The translations under genes were made by a program, and so were the position numbers. From Sminthopsis crassicaudata (taxonomy: Eukaryota): 64,000 nucleotides of DNA. Each line of letters begins with the position of its first letter. The first letter of the stretch is position 1. The DNA is taken from contig NC_133619.1 in assembly GCF_048593235.1 (NCBI RefSeq), forward strand, positions 642,608,558 through 642,672,557, written 5' to 3'. This document shows, piece after piece, positions 44,401-56,522 of the stretch. The notes under the pieces are model-generated. The model was given only the letters and a program-made list of their open reading frames with translations. It was not told the origin of the DNA and did no database searches.

Positions 44401-47400
44401 GGGCCCGTGGGAGCAGAAGGCTGGCCCCCATGTCCCAGGGGAGGAGAAGCAGCCGGTAGACGTCCACCTGAGGAGCCTGCTGAGCAAGAGGCTGCTCCCC
44501 GAGGCCTCCCTGCTCATCACCACGCGGCCCACGGCGCTGGAGAAGCTGCAGCCACTGCTGGAGCAGCCCCGGCTGGCCGAGGTCCTGGGCTTCCGGGCTT
44601 CCGAGAGGAGGGCCTATTTTGAGAAGTACTTCCTGGCGCCGGGGCAGGCTGCCAGAGCCTGGGCTGCCGTCCAGGCCAACGAGGTCCTCTTCACCATGTG
44701 CTTCGTGCCCCTTGTGTGCTGGGTATTGTGCACCGGGCTGCGGCAGCAGATGGAGCGGGGCGAGGCCCCCGCCCAGTCTGCGCAAACCGCCACGGCCATC
44801 TATGTGGCCTTCCTCTCCAGCCTCGTGCGCCCGGACCGGCACGGCCCGCCCAGGATCCCGGCCGCCGGCCTCCGGGGCCTCTGTTCCTTGGCCGCCGCCG
44901 GCCAGCGGGAGCGCAGGCTTTGGTTCCAGGAGAGGGACCTGGCCTGCCACGGGCTGGACGCGGCCACGGTCTCCACCTTTCTGCAGATGGATCAGTTTCA
45001 GCATGAGACCGAATGCCGGGCCACTTACAGCTTCTTCCACTCAACTTTCCAGGAGTTCTTCACGGCCTTGTTCCTGGTGATGGAGCGGCCGCGCTGGCCC
45101 TTCCGCCAACCTGGCTGGGGGCCGCTGCTGAAGGGCCCCTCTGGCTTGCAGGCTGACCTCCCCCTGACCATCCGTTTCCTTTTTGGGCTCTCCAGCCGGG
45201 AGAGGGGTGGTGCCCTGGAATCAATGGTGGGAGAGCCTGTCCCCCGGGGGAGCCAGCGCGTCCTGCTGAGATGGATCCAGAAGCAGGCAGCCCAGGGCCC
45301 CGGGCGGGCAAAGACCCTGGAGCTGTTGTACTGCTTGTTTGAGACCCAAGAATCCGAGTTTGTCCGCAGGGCCATGGGCTGCTTCAGGGAAGTGAAGGTG
45401 AGAGTGCACACCAGGATGGATGGCCTGGTGGCCACCTTCTGTCTGCGAGCCTCCCGGAGCACCCTGGCGGTGGAGCTGGACGGGCTGGGCTTGGGAGCAG
45501 CCAGCCTGGGCTTCCAAGAGCCGGGTCTCGCTGACCGAGACACTGGGACCTATTCCCTCAAGGACATATGCCAAGACTTGTCCTCTGGGCTCTGGGTGCA
45601 GAGGAGTCTCTCTGAGCTGGGGCTGGGGGAGGACGCCCTGGGGGATTCCGGAATGAGATGGTTATGTGAAGATCTCCAGCAGCCCCGATGTCCGCTGCAG
45701 TCACTCAGGTAAGTCCTGACCGGCTTCCTTCTCTTCCCAGCAAAGGGACAAAGGAGGAGGGTCCACGCTCCGTCCCATGTGACCCTGGGTAGGTCACTTC
45801 CTCTATCTAGGGGCTCATCTTTCTCATCTGAAAAAGGAGCTTTGGACTTGATGATGTCTAAGCAGTGTGCAGACCTGGTGTGCTGCATTGGCCAAGAGAC
45901 TTGGCTTTGAGCTTTACGGCACCATTAGCCGCCTGTGGCCTTGGGCAAAGGCTCCCCTCCAAGGGCAACTTTCTGACGTTCTGTGATTCTGTCTGTTGGG
46001 ACTAAGGGATCAAGGGAGGGCATCAGAAGACCAGCATGGGGTCATTTTCTCCCAGGGCTTGCCAGGGACACCCAGTATTCAAGGTCAGAGGGATGCATTC
46101 GTTGACTCTTTGGGGCTTTGGCTTGGGGCAGGGGGAGGGTGTATGGAGAAAGGCCATTAATGTGGCATTTTCCCAGGTTGCTGAACTGCTGGCTCACTTC
46201 AGATTTTGCTGAGAGCCTCTCCTGTGCTCTCAACGTGAGCCATACCCTGACGAGCCTGGATCTGAGTTACAACCCCTTGGAAGACCAAGGCGCAGCATTG
46301 CTCCTCAGGGCACTGGAACATCCTAGCTGCAGGCTTCAGAAGCTGTGGTAAGAGCCTTGCCTCATGGGCAAGGCCATAGGGCACTTCCTCTGCTTTGGCT
46401 ATAAGCGCCCAGTCTTTGCTTCCTCCACCTCTTATCTCTTACATCACAGAAGGAACTGTTCCTCCTGCTTCCCAAAAATCTTCTTTTTACCTGTACTGAG
46501 TCCTCAGTGTCCTGAGTATCAGAAACTTCATAATAGATGCTTAATAAATGTTGATTAATTGAATGATTGATTGATAGCAGGGGAACCTAGAATTCACTGC
46601 TTCCACTAATATAAACAGAGAACATAGTAAACACTAAATAAAGGTTTACTGATTGATTAACCAATATTTGATCCTGGAAATGATAGGGAGCTACTGGTGT
46701 TTATTGAATATGGGAGTGACATGTTCAAGCCCATACTTTAGGAAAACCATTTTGGTGGCTAAGTAGAATACGGACTAGATTAGGTAGAGACTTGAAGCTG
46801 GCAGACCTCCCCCCATCACTCACTAGCCAGCAGCTATTGTAATAGTCCAGATATGAAGTGATGAGGGTCTGTACCAGGGTGGGGACAGCATCAGAAGAGA
46901 AAAGGGGACAAATTGGAGAGATGCTGCAGAGGTGAAATGGACCAGAGATTGTATAGAGGTGAAATGGATCAGAGATGGTGCAGATGTGAAATGGACTAGA
47001 GATGCTACAGAGGTGATATTGACCAGAGGTGATACAAAATGAAATGGACCAGAGATGCTGCAGAGGTGAAATGGACAGAGGTGATGCAGAGGAGACATTG
47101 ACCAGTGATACTGTGGAGGTGAAATCAACAGGTGTGAATTAACAGTATTAATTGGATCTGGATAGGTGAGAAATAGTGAGAAATCCAGGATGACTTCTGT
47201 ATTGGAAGTGTGAAGGATGAGGGGCATGATGGTGCCCTTCACAGTAATAGGGAAGAGAGAAAAAGGGAAAGGTTTAGGGAGAAAGAGAAAGAGTCTGACT
47301 TTGGGCATGTTAAGTCTAAAAAGTCTCCTGGACATCCTGTTTGAGATGTCTGGAGGTCGAGTTGCATGAGGGACATCCTTCTTCCTTTAATATTTATTGA

Positions 47401-50400
47401 ACTTTATTCTGCAAGTGACTACAAGATTGTTTCTGAGGACACCCCAAGGAGGGATACAGGCAGAAATAGCTGTCTGTTCCCCACTAGCATCTGTCCTCCA
47501 GGAAGAAGACCAGGGCCCTCCTTTTGGGCCCTCATCTATAAAATAAGGAGGAAGAAAGGACCCATGCAGGCGAGCCGCACAATGAATCTCTCTCAGCTTT
47601 GGGACTCAACCCCCTTTGGCATTGCCTCCCAGCAGGACCATGGCACCCTCCACATTCAGATCTTCAGTGGCAGGAAAGCTTCCTTCTATTCTGGAGTCCT
47701 TAGGACCTCATCTCTGGCTGCCCCCAAACTGCTAACATGAAATGGCATCAGAGTCATAGCCAGAGTCTGAGACGTTCATGGTCCTCAGCCTCATGGGGGA
47801 CCAGGGACACCCAGTAGTGGACTTTCCCTTCTTGTGCTGGAAGAGGAGCTGTTGAGAAATAGCCATATGGTTCAATAGGCAGCTCACTGACCTGAAAGTG
47901 AGGAGAGAGCTGAATTCAAGTCCTACCTCAGATACTTACTAGCTGTTTAATCCTGGACAAGTACCTTTCCTTCTCTTTTGGCCTCAGCTTTCTCATCTAT
48001 AAAGTGGGGTGATAGTGCGAGCACTCACTTTAGGCCTGTTTTAAAGGCTTAATGATACAATATGTACAATTAGCAGCCTTGAGAGTTCTACTGGATCGTG
48101 GCAGCGGCTGCTGCTGCTAAGTGATGAATAATCACTGGCTCCCCATTCCTTGTGTGTCCATCCCCTAGTCTGAAGAAATGCCATCTCACCGAGAAGTCAT
48201 GTGAGAATCTTGGCTCTGTCCTGGGCATCAGCCGGACCCTGCAATGGCTGGACCTGGGCTTCAACGTCCTGGGAGACTGCGGTGTGGGGCTGCTGTGTGG
48301 GGGCCTGCGCCAGGCCAACTGCCAGTTGCAGACACTCAGGTCAGTTTCCAGAGCCTCCATCGGGGGTCCTCCCTGGCATGGAGGCTTGGGAAAGTGAGTT
48401 CTCCATCCCTGGAAGTATTCCAGACCAGGCTGGAAGGTCCCTCTCCTGACTCTTGGGGTAGGGAATATCTGGTCTGAATTGATGGTACGGGGGTTCGAAA
48501 GGCTACAGCAGGTGGAGGATTCTCTTTCCCAGGGAGTCATGTGCTGACTTCTTTGTCAAGTTGATCAGGGATTTCTTTTGGGGAGGGGCACCCCCAGAGA
48601 AATGCTTTTTCCACCTGCTCTGCACCTGAAAATCTCAGAGAGGGGAAGTCACTGGGCTGGCGTCCCCCAGCCAATGGGAGCCTGAGGTGGGACCGGGGCT
48701 TCCTGTCTCTGGGACTACCGCTCTAACCACCACTCTACACTGTCTCTCACTCTGGCACCTTCAAGTCGATGGAGTGGTGTTCCCACCCTGGGGGGTTGCC
48801 TGATGTTCCCGCCTTGGGGGGCACCTGGGTGGTCCGGCCTTGGCTGACTCGGGAGGGGGATCTGGGCAGAAGTCCCCAGGAACTTCTGTCAGCGCCTGGG
48901 CTTCCCGTACAGGTTGGGAAACTGTGGCCTCACTTGCCAATGCTGCCTCGACCTGGCCTTGGTGCTCAGCCTGGGGGCCAGGCTGCTCTGTCTCTACCTG
49001 AGCAACAATGCCCTGGGAGACTCAGGGGTGCAGCAGCTGTGCCAGGGACTCAGGGCCCCCCACTGCAGGCTGAGGGAACTCAGGTAAGGCGAGGCCCCTC
49101 CGGGTGGCTTCAGGGAGGGGAGCAAGGGGCCAGAGCCTGCCCGGGGCTGGTGCCCCAGCGGAGGCCTCCTCTGGGGGAGGGTGGCCAGGGCATTCAGGTC
49201 TCCCCTGGTCTGGCCCCGAGACCGCTAGTTGCCTGCCCCTGACCCTCCGGTGCCCTGCCCTGCAGCCTGGCCAACTGTCGCCTTACCCACGCCTGCTGTG
49301 CCAGCATCTCCTCTGTCCTAAGTGCCTCCAATAGCATCGAGTCCCTGCTCCTTAGTGGCAACGACCTGGAAGACGTGGGGATTCAGGAGCTGGCTCAGGG
49401 CCTGAGGCACTCCAACTGTAAGGTGCAGGAGCTGAAGTAAGTGCCCCTTCTCCCCTGGGGTGACAGCAAGTTGTACAAGACAGAAGTCCCCAAAGCAGAT
49501 CTGAGGGCCTGAGTGGACCACCCAATCAGGAGGAGGGAGCAGCAAGAACTTCCACAGTTTCCCTTAGGAGGGCAGAGACTTACTCTGTTTGTGTCCTCCA
49601 TCCCCCTTGTTAACCTTGAACCCTCAAGAGGAGGTTCCCTCATCTTCCCCCTTGCCCCCAGCCTTCTCTTGTCCAGGTTGACAGGTTTTTTTGCGGTCCC
49701 TTTTGTCCCAACTACCTTCCTCTGAACCCTGAACAACTCCTCTGTGGGGCTCGGGGAGACCTGGGGACCGGCCACTGCCCCGGGGCTGCCCAGCGCCTCA
49801 GACCTTCCACGAGTGTCCCCAGGCCGCTCTTCCTCCTCAGCAGGGTCTGCTCCAGCTTTCTGGGGGGGCCTCCACTTTGCCTTTCTTGCCTGGCAATTGC
49901 TCCAGCCCTATGGATGCCCAGACATCATCTACCTACCCCTTGGTGCACAGGGGCAAGAGAGAGGGCCCCTTTCTGGCTCTTCTTTCTCCCCTCCCCTCTT
50001 TCTCCTTCTTCCTCCCTCCTTCTCCCTTGCCCTCATCTCTGTTTTGCCTTCTTTCTCCCCCCTCTTTCACCTTCTTTCTCCCTCCCTCCTTCTCCCTTGC
50101 CCTCATCTCTCTTTTGCCTTTCTCCCCCCTCTTTCACCTTCTTTCTTCCTCTCTCCTTCTCCCTTGCCCTCATCTCTCTTTTGCCTTTCTCCCCCCTCTT
50201 TCACCTTCTTTCTCCCTCTCTCCTTCGCCCTTGCCCTCCTCTTCTTTCTCCCTTCCTCTTTCTCCCTTGCCCATAATGTTCTTCTCTAAAACGTAATGGG
50301 AGCAAATTTCTTGGGGGGCTTCTGGAGGCAGCCTTGCTTTCAGTTCAGTGTAATCACAAATGCAGCCAGGAGTTAAAGTCCAAATCCTTTATTTTCTCCT

Positions 50401-53197
50401 TCCAAGTCTTGTTTCTTTTCCTGGGGCCTGGTTAGCTTTAACAGAGGCCTATCTCTCTCCTTGGTTCCAAGAGCTTAAGCTGCCTTCTCGGGCTTGTGAA
50501 TCTCCTTGACTGAATCCTAGCTGAGGCTCTGAGAGCTTCCAGTGTACTTGTGCTCTCTGGCTCTGAGAGCTTGTGGCTTATATGCTGTACACTGAGAAGA
50601 CACCAATCATTATATCACAAGGAAACCATTATTTGTTGTAGGATGAAATCGATGGTAAACTAGATTTAACCATTGTCTCCTCAATTCCACTCAGTACTTT
50701 GTTTCAAGTTCTGGCCTATAACATCTTCTTGTAGGGTCAGATCAACCATACTGAACCATGCTAAATGAGATTACTATTGTCTCTATCCATTCCACTGACT
50801 TAGTCCCTTGTAAGAATCAGAACACTTGCCTTCCCCCACTTTTGGCCATCTTTCGGCCTCCCTCTGCATTTCCTAATTTCTTTGTTTCTCAGGCCCCATT
50901 GGGGAGAAGGTTGCAGCAGTCGAATGGCCTATTTTGTAGCCTTCACCTTCTTGGCTTCTCCTCCGGCAGGGTGAGGAGCAGGATTTCAGGGGATTTCCTC
51001 TGGGGTGTCAGGTCTTTGCACTGAGCACCATGGGCCCCTCCAGCCTCTGTTGATGAATGGGGCCAGCTTGCAGCCTCCATTGCAGTCACTTAATTGTATT
51101 TTATTTTTTTTTCCATTGCCATATCAATAGTTTTCACCATTCACTTTTCTAAGATTTTGACTTCCATTTTTTCTTCCTCCTTCCTCCCCAGGCAGCAAGC
51201 AATCTGACACAGGTTATACATGTAGAAGCGCACTTAAACATTTCCACCTGTAGAACCATATGTAAACATGTTTGAACAAAGAATCAGCAAAGGGGAAAAG
51301 CACAAGCATGGCCCCCCTCTCCCCCTGCCAAGTGAAGAGAGTCTGTTCAATCTGTGATCAGATCCTGGAAGGCTTTCTCTGGGTATGGATTGTATTTTCC
51401 ATCACCAGTCTTTTGGAATTGTCTGGAATCACTGTGTTGCTGAGAGGAACTAAATCTATCGGAGACGGTCACTGCACAATGTGGATGTTGTTGCATTCAG
51501 TGTCCTCCTGATTCTCACTTCCTCAGCATCAGGTCCTGTAGGTCTCTCTGAAATCATCCCACTGGTCACTTGTAGAACAATAATGTTCCCTAACCTTCAT
51601 GTCCGATACCTTGCTCAGCCATCCTCCAGCTGATGGGCGTCCCCTCAGTTTCCATTTCTTTGCCACTACAAAAATGGCTGCTAGAGATATTTTTGCACAT
51701 GGGTCTTTTTTCCTTTTTGATGATGTCTTTGGGATAGAGACCCAGTGGAAATACAGTTGCATCCACAGCTTTACAGCCTTCTGGGTATAGTTCTAAATTT
51801 CTCTTTAGAATGATAGGATCAATTCATAACTCCACCACCAAGGCATTAGTATTCCAATTTTCCCATGTCCCCTTCAGCATTTATCATTTCCTTTTCTGGC
51901 ATATTAGCTGACTGATAGGTGTGAGATGTGAAATGATAGCTTTAACTCTTCATCTGCAAACTACTTCCTGTAACTGACTCAACTTTCCCCCTAAGAATTT
52001 GGATGCTGTACCACTTGGTGCACACATGGTTAGTAGTGATATCGCTACATTGTCTATGAACTTTTAGAAAGATGTAGCTTCTTTCCTTATCTCTTTTAAT
52101 TCGATCTATTTTTCTTTTTGCCTTGTGTAAGATCAGGTTTGCTACCCTTCTTTTTCATTTCAGCTGGAGCAGCCTTTTACCTTTATAATGATTGTTATAA
52201 ACATTTTATAGGATTCTCTTTTTTAATTCATTCTGCCATCTGCTTTCACTTTATGGGAGAGTTCAGCCCATTCACATTCATTATTACACCCCTTCCCTTC
52301 CACCCAACATGATGGAAGGGGGAGAGATGCTATTATCTTGGGGATTTGATAGGACTCTGAGACCCAGAAGTGGGGCTGGCTCCTGGATGTCCCCTTGCTG
52401 GGAAGGGATCTGAGGTTAGGGGTCCCCAGTCTCTGAGCTGGGCGTTCCAGTCCTGTCCCACATCCTTCTTAGGGTTAGAAGGCTTCACCAAGAACAGGAG
52501 TCTGCTGGCCTGGGAAGGGCAGGGCAGGAGCGGACACAGGGTTTGGGACAGGTAGCAGAGACCTTGGGGTTCGAGGGTGTCCCTTCAGGCCCCAGCAATC
52601 CCCTTCTAACGGGAGCCCCTTCCCGTCCTGCTCTGTGCACAGCTGGACACTCCCCCTTTCCCCATCTCAGCCCAAGGTCTTCCTCACAGCCCCTATTTGT
52701 CCCCCTCCTGCATGTCTCTCCCTCTGTCTCTCCCCACCCTGCAGGGTCCAGATGTGCGGGCTCACTGGGCTGGGCTGTGAGACACTGGCCTTGGTGCTGA
52801 GCAGCTGCCCCAGCCTGAGGCAGCTGGACCTCAGTGACAGCCGCGTGGGGAAGGAAGGCGCCAAGCTGCTGGGCCGGGCCCTGCTTCAGCCAGGCTGTCG
52901 GCTGCAGAGCCTCAGGTGTGTGACTGGGCAGCAGTGGGACCCCTCTCAGGCCGGCTCTGGATCTCGACAGGTTGTTCCGGGCAGCCTGCTGGGGGGCAGT
53001 ATGGGGCTCCAGAGGGAGAGGGTGGGGGCTGGAGCCCCTCTGAGTCCCACGCTCTGGATCTCGGCAGGTTGTTCCGGACAGCCCTGAGTGAGGCTGACAA
53101 GGCCGAGCTGGCAGCCGTGGCCAGAGCTAAGCCTGGCCTGGAGATCTCCTACCTGAGTGACAACAGGATCGGGTTATACCTTTTGGGGGCCCCTTGA
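38447..53197 (+). CDS. NLR family pyrin-domain protein (PYD-FISNA-NACHT-LRR; NLRP12/NLRP3-like), about 1055 aa, intact
   Basis: Exons: 38447-38702 (PYD: LASYLEEL..EFKKFKL), 40139-40210 (72 nt, phase 1-1), 43854-45708 (FISNA EERNARLGEWVNLSQHYTRLLLVK; Walker A GVAGIGKTT; Walker B LLFVFDGFDEL; FHSTFQEFF; first LRR pair). Five 171-nt phase-2 LRR exons follow: 46177-46347, 48169-48339, 48913-49083, 49266-49436, 52745-52915. Last exon 53068-53197. Total 3168 nt, all GT-AG, no stops. FISNA is closer to recalled NLRP12 than NLRP3, but orthology is not established. Confidence 0.95.
38690..39020 (+). repeat. About 43-bp GC-rich VNTR containing copies of the PYD-exon splice donor
   Basis: Unit CCCCAGGTAAGGCAGCCCCGCCCTCGGGGAGGGAC(C/G)GC..., about 7-8 copies. 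CAG|GTAAGG occurs after 38702, 38833, 38920 and 38986. Confidence 0.93.
40688..42685 (+). mobile_element. Putative solo LTR whose U3 region has expanded into a 27-bp satellite
   Basis: Starts TGCAACAAGGGGTTAAG. After the array come a GATTTAAG TATA-like box (about 42518), a CATAAAGAC polyA-like signal (about 42583) and an end ...CCCGGATATTATA (a mutated CA end is inferred). No TSD was found. Confidence 0.5.
40760..42470. repeat. AT-rich 27-bp tandem array (about 63 copies) with 540-bp higher-order periodicity, in NLRP intron 2
   Basis: Unit TGATATAACGATACAGTCACTCTAGTC. A variant marker block starts near 40917, 41106, 41322, 41646 and 41862. Confidence 0.97.
42855..43075. repeat. About 31-bp tandem repeat (about 7 copies)
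   Basis: Unit GCTCCTGTGTTCGCCCATCACTCTTCCTTCC and variants. Confidence 0.8.
46915..47125. repeat. 27-bp tandem repeat (about 7-8 diverged copies) inside an L2-like fragment
   Basis: Unit GAGATGCTGCAGAGGTGAAATGGACCA, related to the reverse complement of the 22470-22672 unit. Confidence 0.85.
49975..50275. repeat. CT-rich about 60-bp tandem repeat (4-5 copies)
   Basis: CTCCCTTGCCCTCATCTCTCTTTTGCCTTTCTCCCCCCTCTTTCACCTTCTTTCT recurs. Confidence 0.9.
50292..50723 (-). mobile_element. Putative solo LTR (about 430 bp), antisense in the NLRP intron before exon 52745
   Basis: The minus strand starts TGTTATAGG, has a CATATAAG TATA-like box (about 50580) and AATAAA (about 50390), and ends ...CCCATTACG. 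GGCTTATATGCTGTA is shared with the 42483 region. Confidence 0.6.
51085..52320 (-). mobile_element. Decayed L1 fragments (3'UTR and ORF2 end)
   Basis: Minus translation CAKISLAAIFVVAKKWKLRGRPSAGGWLSK matches the L1 ORF2 C-terminus (CTxMFIAALFxIAKxWKQPxCPSxxxW). Confidence 0.8.
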
Positions 53198-54399
53198 TCT
53201 GGGGAGTAGGAGCAGCAAAAGGCAGTCCTGAAGGGGACCCTGCCCACCGCCCCCACCACCGGATCTCAGAACCCTTGGCTGCCCACTCCATCTCTACAGG
53301 AACTTTGGCTCCCTGGTGCCTGCCCCATAAAACACAATGGCCAGGTCAGCGTTAGGACGGGGGAGCATTAGAACCTGACCCGCTGGGTCTCTGCATCGCT
53401 GGACAAGAACCGCCAGCATCGCGGACTCTGTGGAGGAGCCTGGCCCACAGAAGGCCCTGCCCCCTCCTCCCCCCCCCCCCCCCCCCCCGCACTTCTTAGC
53501 AGAGGTGGGGGTCGCTGTGTGGAAGCCCCAGATTTTTTTCAATCATTGATCTCCTTGCCGAAGTGTTTTCTGCTGTTTTCACAAGTTCTTTCCAATAAGG
53601 GGCGCTTCTCTGGGTGTGGCCGACGGAACCCCAAGATGGCGACGTGATCGTTTCTGGAGAGAAGGCAGTAGATGGAAGTGGGGCCCGAGGCGGGCAGCGG
53701 GGAAGGGACTCTGCCAGGGTCACTCAGCTTGCTCTGGAAACAAGTGCCAGGAGCTGAAGGGACTTTGAGCTCAAGGGAGGAGGGGCTTGCCGAAGGGCCG
53801 GGGCTCTGTGCAGCCCTCCCCTCAGTCCTCCACCCCTGGCAGCAGGGAGGGGTACAGAAGCTGCTTCCGGGCAGTCCTCCTGGCTTCTCCAAGTGGCCCC
53901 AGGACATCGGGGCACCGCCTCCCCCAGAGCAGGGAGAGAGGTGTGTGAGGGCCCCGCCTCAGGCTTCTGGGGATGGGGCAGGGGACTGTGAGTTCCCAGC
54001 TCCCGAAGGCCCTGGAGCGTCTGGGTAGGATTTCAGCGAGGGGGGGCCGTGCAGGGTCCTTCCCGCCCCCACCCCCACCCTCTGGGGCAGGGGCCAGAAG
54101 CAGAGTCTCCGGGTGAGCAGGGCCCTCGAACTAGGGAGGGGGGCCTCCTTTCTATTCCATTTGCAGCGCTTAGCCCGGGGAAGGCCCGAGGTGCGGTGGC
54201 CAGGGAGGCTCCTCTCCTGCTGCGGCCTCAAGAGGCCGGGGCTCCTGGGAAAAGCCCCCGAGGTCGGGAAGGCGGGTCCGGCCTGAAGGGCCCAGCGCCA
54301 CAGCTGGGGGGGAGGGGGGTCCGGCCGGGCCCACAGCTCGGGGGGCCTCAGGCAGGGGCCACTGGGGTGGGGCTTGGGAGTCCGGCGCGCCCTGCCCTA

Positions 54400-54520
54400 G
54401 CCTGGGGGACGCGGCGGGGTGGGGCGGGGCGGGGAGCAGAGCTGGTGAGGGTGGGGGCGGACCCGCGCCCCAGTTCAGACCGGCGCCTCTTCCCTGTAGT
54501 CTTCCAGGCTTCCTGTCCAG
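54400..54520 (+). promoter_or_regulatory. GC-box promoter and non-coding first exon of the TRIM-like unit
   Basis: Tandem GGGGCGGGGCGGGG at about 54421 in a CpG-rich region. Perfect donor CAG|GTGAGT after 54520. The next strong acceptor is TTTCCCACAG at 56159. Confidence 0.55.
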
Positions 54521-55419
54521 GTGAGTCCGCCGCATAGTGGCTGGGTGCCTGCCCCGGGCCCGGGGCCCTGCCTGGGCAAGACCAGTAGAACTTGGGCCCG
54601 CGGGAGCCGGAGCCCGCCCCTCTACCTGGGGCCGGTGGGGGGGTGGGGGGGGTGAGAAGGGGGGGCTGGGAGGGCCCAGACTCTTGCAAGCATTTCATGC
54701 GCAAGGCCCAGATCCGGGAAGGGCTTGTCCAGGGCTTAGGCAAGGACCCAGTCTCTAGGGCTCTTTCCACCCCTTGGTCTAAAGCTCTGAGGTTAGGTGA
54801 CTGGCGCGATCCTAAGTCAGCCAGCATTTATTAGGCACTTACTGTGTGCCATGAAGTTGAGCTAAGCACTGGTACAAGAAGGAATTGGGAATGCACGCCC
54901 TGGCCTCCAGGTGCTTGAGCTCTAATGGGAGAGATAAAAATACTAATTCTTCCGCGCAAATGGCCTTAGTGGGATGGGATTAACTGGAGCCTCTCCTAGG
55001 GCTGGGCCCCGGCGAAAGAGGTGAGGCTGAGGTTGGGGTTTCCCGGAAGCTAGAAAAGCCGGGCCTGAGGGACGCCGCGGAGAGGATTCCAGAGCAGACC
55101 CCAGACACCAGTGTTTCCCTGGGCAGGTAAGGCTGGTGGGGGCTGCCCAGGAAGGGCTTTGAACGCCAAGCACAGGGCCTTGCACTTGATCTTGAGACAA
55201 TAGAGTCACTGGAAGTTGTTAAGAGGTTGGGAGTCCGAAAAATCCGGAGGATGTAGCATGGTGGTACCTTCTAGAGTAATCGGGAAGGTAGAGGAGTGGG
55301 GAGGGCTTGGGGGAAAAAGAAGTTCTCTTGGACACTGAGGGTACGATGTCTACCAGACATGCAGAGGTCTGAAAAGCTGTTGGAGGTCACCAGAGAGACC
55401 ATCACAGCCCTTCTGTCCA

Positions 55420-55660
55420 TCCAACCTTCCCTCCATCCTTTTCATGCAGCCATCCATTTATCGATTCATTGATCCTGTCACCCATCCTGTCCTCCATCCT
55501 TCCATCTATCCACCCAGCTTTTCCTCATCCATCCTTCCTCTGATCCATTCATTCACCCATCTGCCCATCCTTCGATCCATCCATCCTTCCGTCCATCCAT
55601 GCAATCGCCCTTCCTCCCATCTTTCTGTCCCTCCTTCCTTCTGCCCATCCATCCCTGAGC
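55420..55660. repeat. (TCCA)n-like degenerate simple repeat
   Basis: CATCC/TTCC-rich tract. Confidence 0.8.
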
Positions 55661-56162
55661 TCAAACTTGGTCTAATACCAGCTCTTCCCTTCTACTGTGC
55701 TGCCACGCTGGCTCCTTCCACCTTCACAACAGCGCCTCCCCTGGATTCCCGGAGCTCCCCCCTCCCACTAGTCTTCCCGTTTCTCTCCGGTGAACTGGAT
55801 TTGGATGAGCTGTGCAAAGGTGTCAGGGGTAGGGTTAGAGTGGTGGAGAGGGGAGCAGTCAGGCCAGCGACAGGTCTATCTTGGCTGGGGACCCCTCTTC
55901 TAGGGGGAGAGTTCGCTGTGGGGGCCGAGCCAGGTGCCCTGGAGGCAAAGTGCAAAGTGGCCACTTTAGGGTTAGGCAGGGCTGGAGTCTGGCTGGCTTG
56001 GGTCTGCCCCAGTGCACTAGCTGGGGCTCCCTGCTCTGACCTCAGCCGCTCCGGTCCAAGACACGACTCTCCCAGAGCTCCCCTTCCCCCGTCCCTCTGG
56101 GGTCCCGCCTGCCAGTGGTGGGCCGACAAGCCCTACCCGGTCTCTTCATTTCCCACAGGACC

Positions 56163-56522
56163 ATGGACATGGCTCTGGTGATCCGGGCCTTGAAGAAGGA
56201 GCTCTTGTGTCCGATCTGCAAGCTCGTCTTGCTGGACCCGGTCACGAGCCCCTGCGGCCGCACCTGGTGCCGGGTCTGCTTCCCTGGGAAGGCCTCCAAG
56301 GAGCTGCCGACCAACCTGCGCCTGAAGAACGTGCTGTCCCTGCTGCTGCGCATGCAGCCCCAGCCGCCCGTGAGGTTTCCCCCGAACCACTGCGCCCTGC
56401 ACATGGAGCCCTTATTGTTCTTCTGCTGGCACGACTGGGAGCACGCGTGCATAGTGTGCAAATACTCCGAGGAGCACCGGAGGCACACGCTGATCCCATT
56501 CCGGTCCCAGAGCCTCGAGTGA
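56163..56522 (+). CDS. TRIM-derived ORF, 119 aa: truncated RING plus intact B-box type 2 (microprotein or pseudogene exon)
   Basis: Kozak ACCATGG just after an acceptor. RING CPIC-x11-CGR-TWCRVC has His changed to Arg and lacks the last Cys pair. B-box CALH-x7-CWHD-x4-CIVC-x5-HRRH is complete. TGA stop, then AATAAA at 56745-56750. It is flanked by an exact 48-bp direct repeat. Confidence 0.7.
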   Translation: MDMALVIRALKKELLCPICKLVLLDPVTSPCGRTWCRVCFPGKASKELPTNLRLKNVLSLLLRMQPQPPVRFPPNHCALHMEPLLFFCWHDWEHACIVCKYSEEHRRHTLIPFRSQSLE

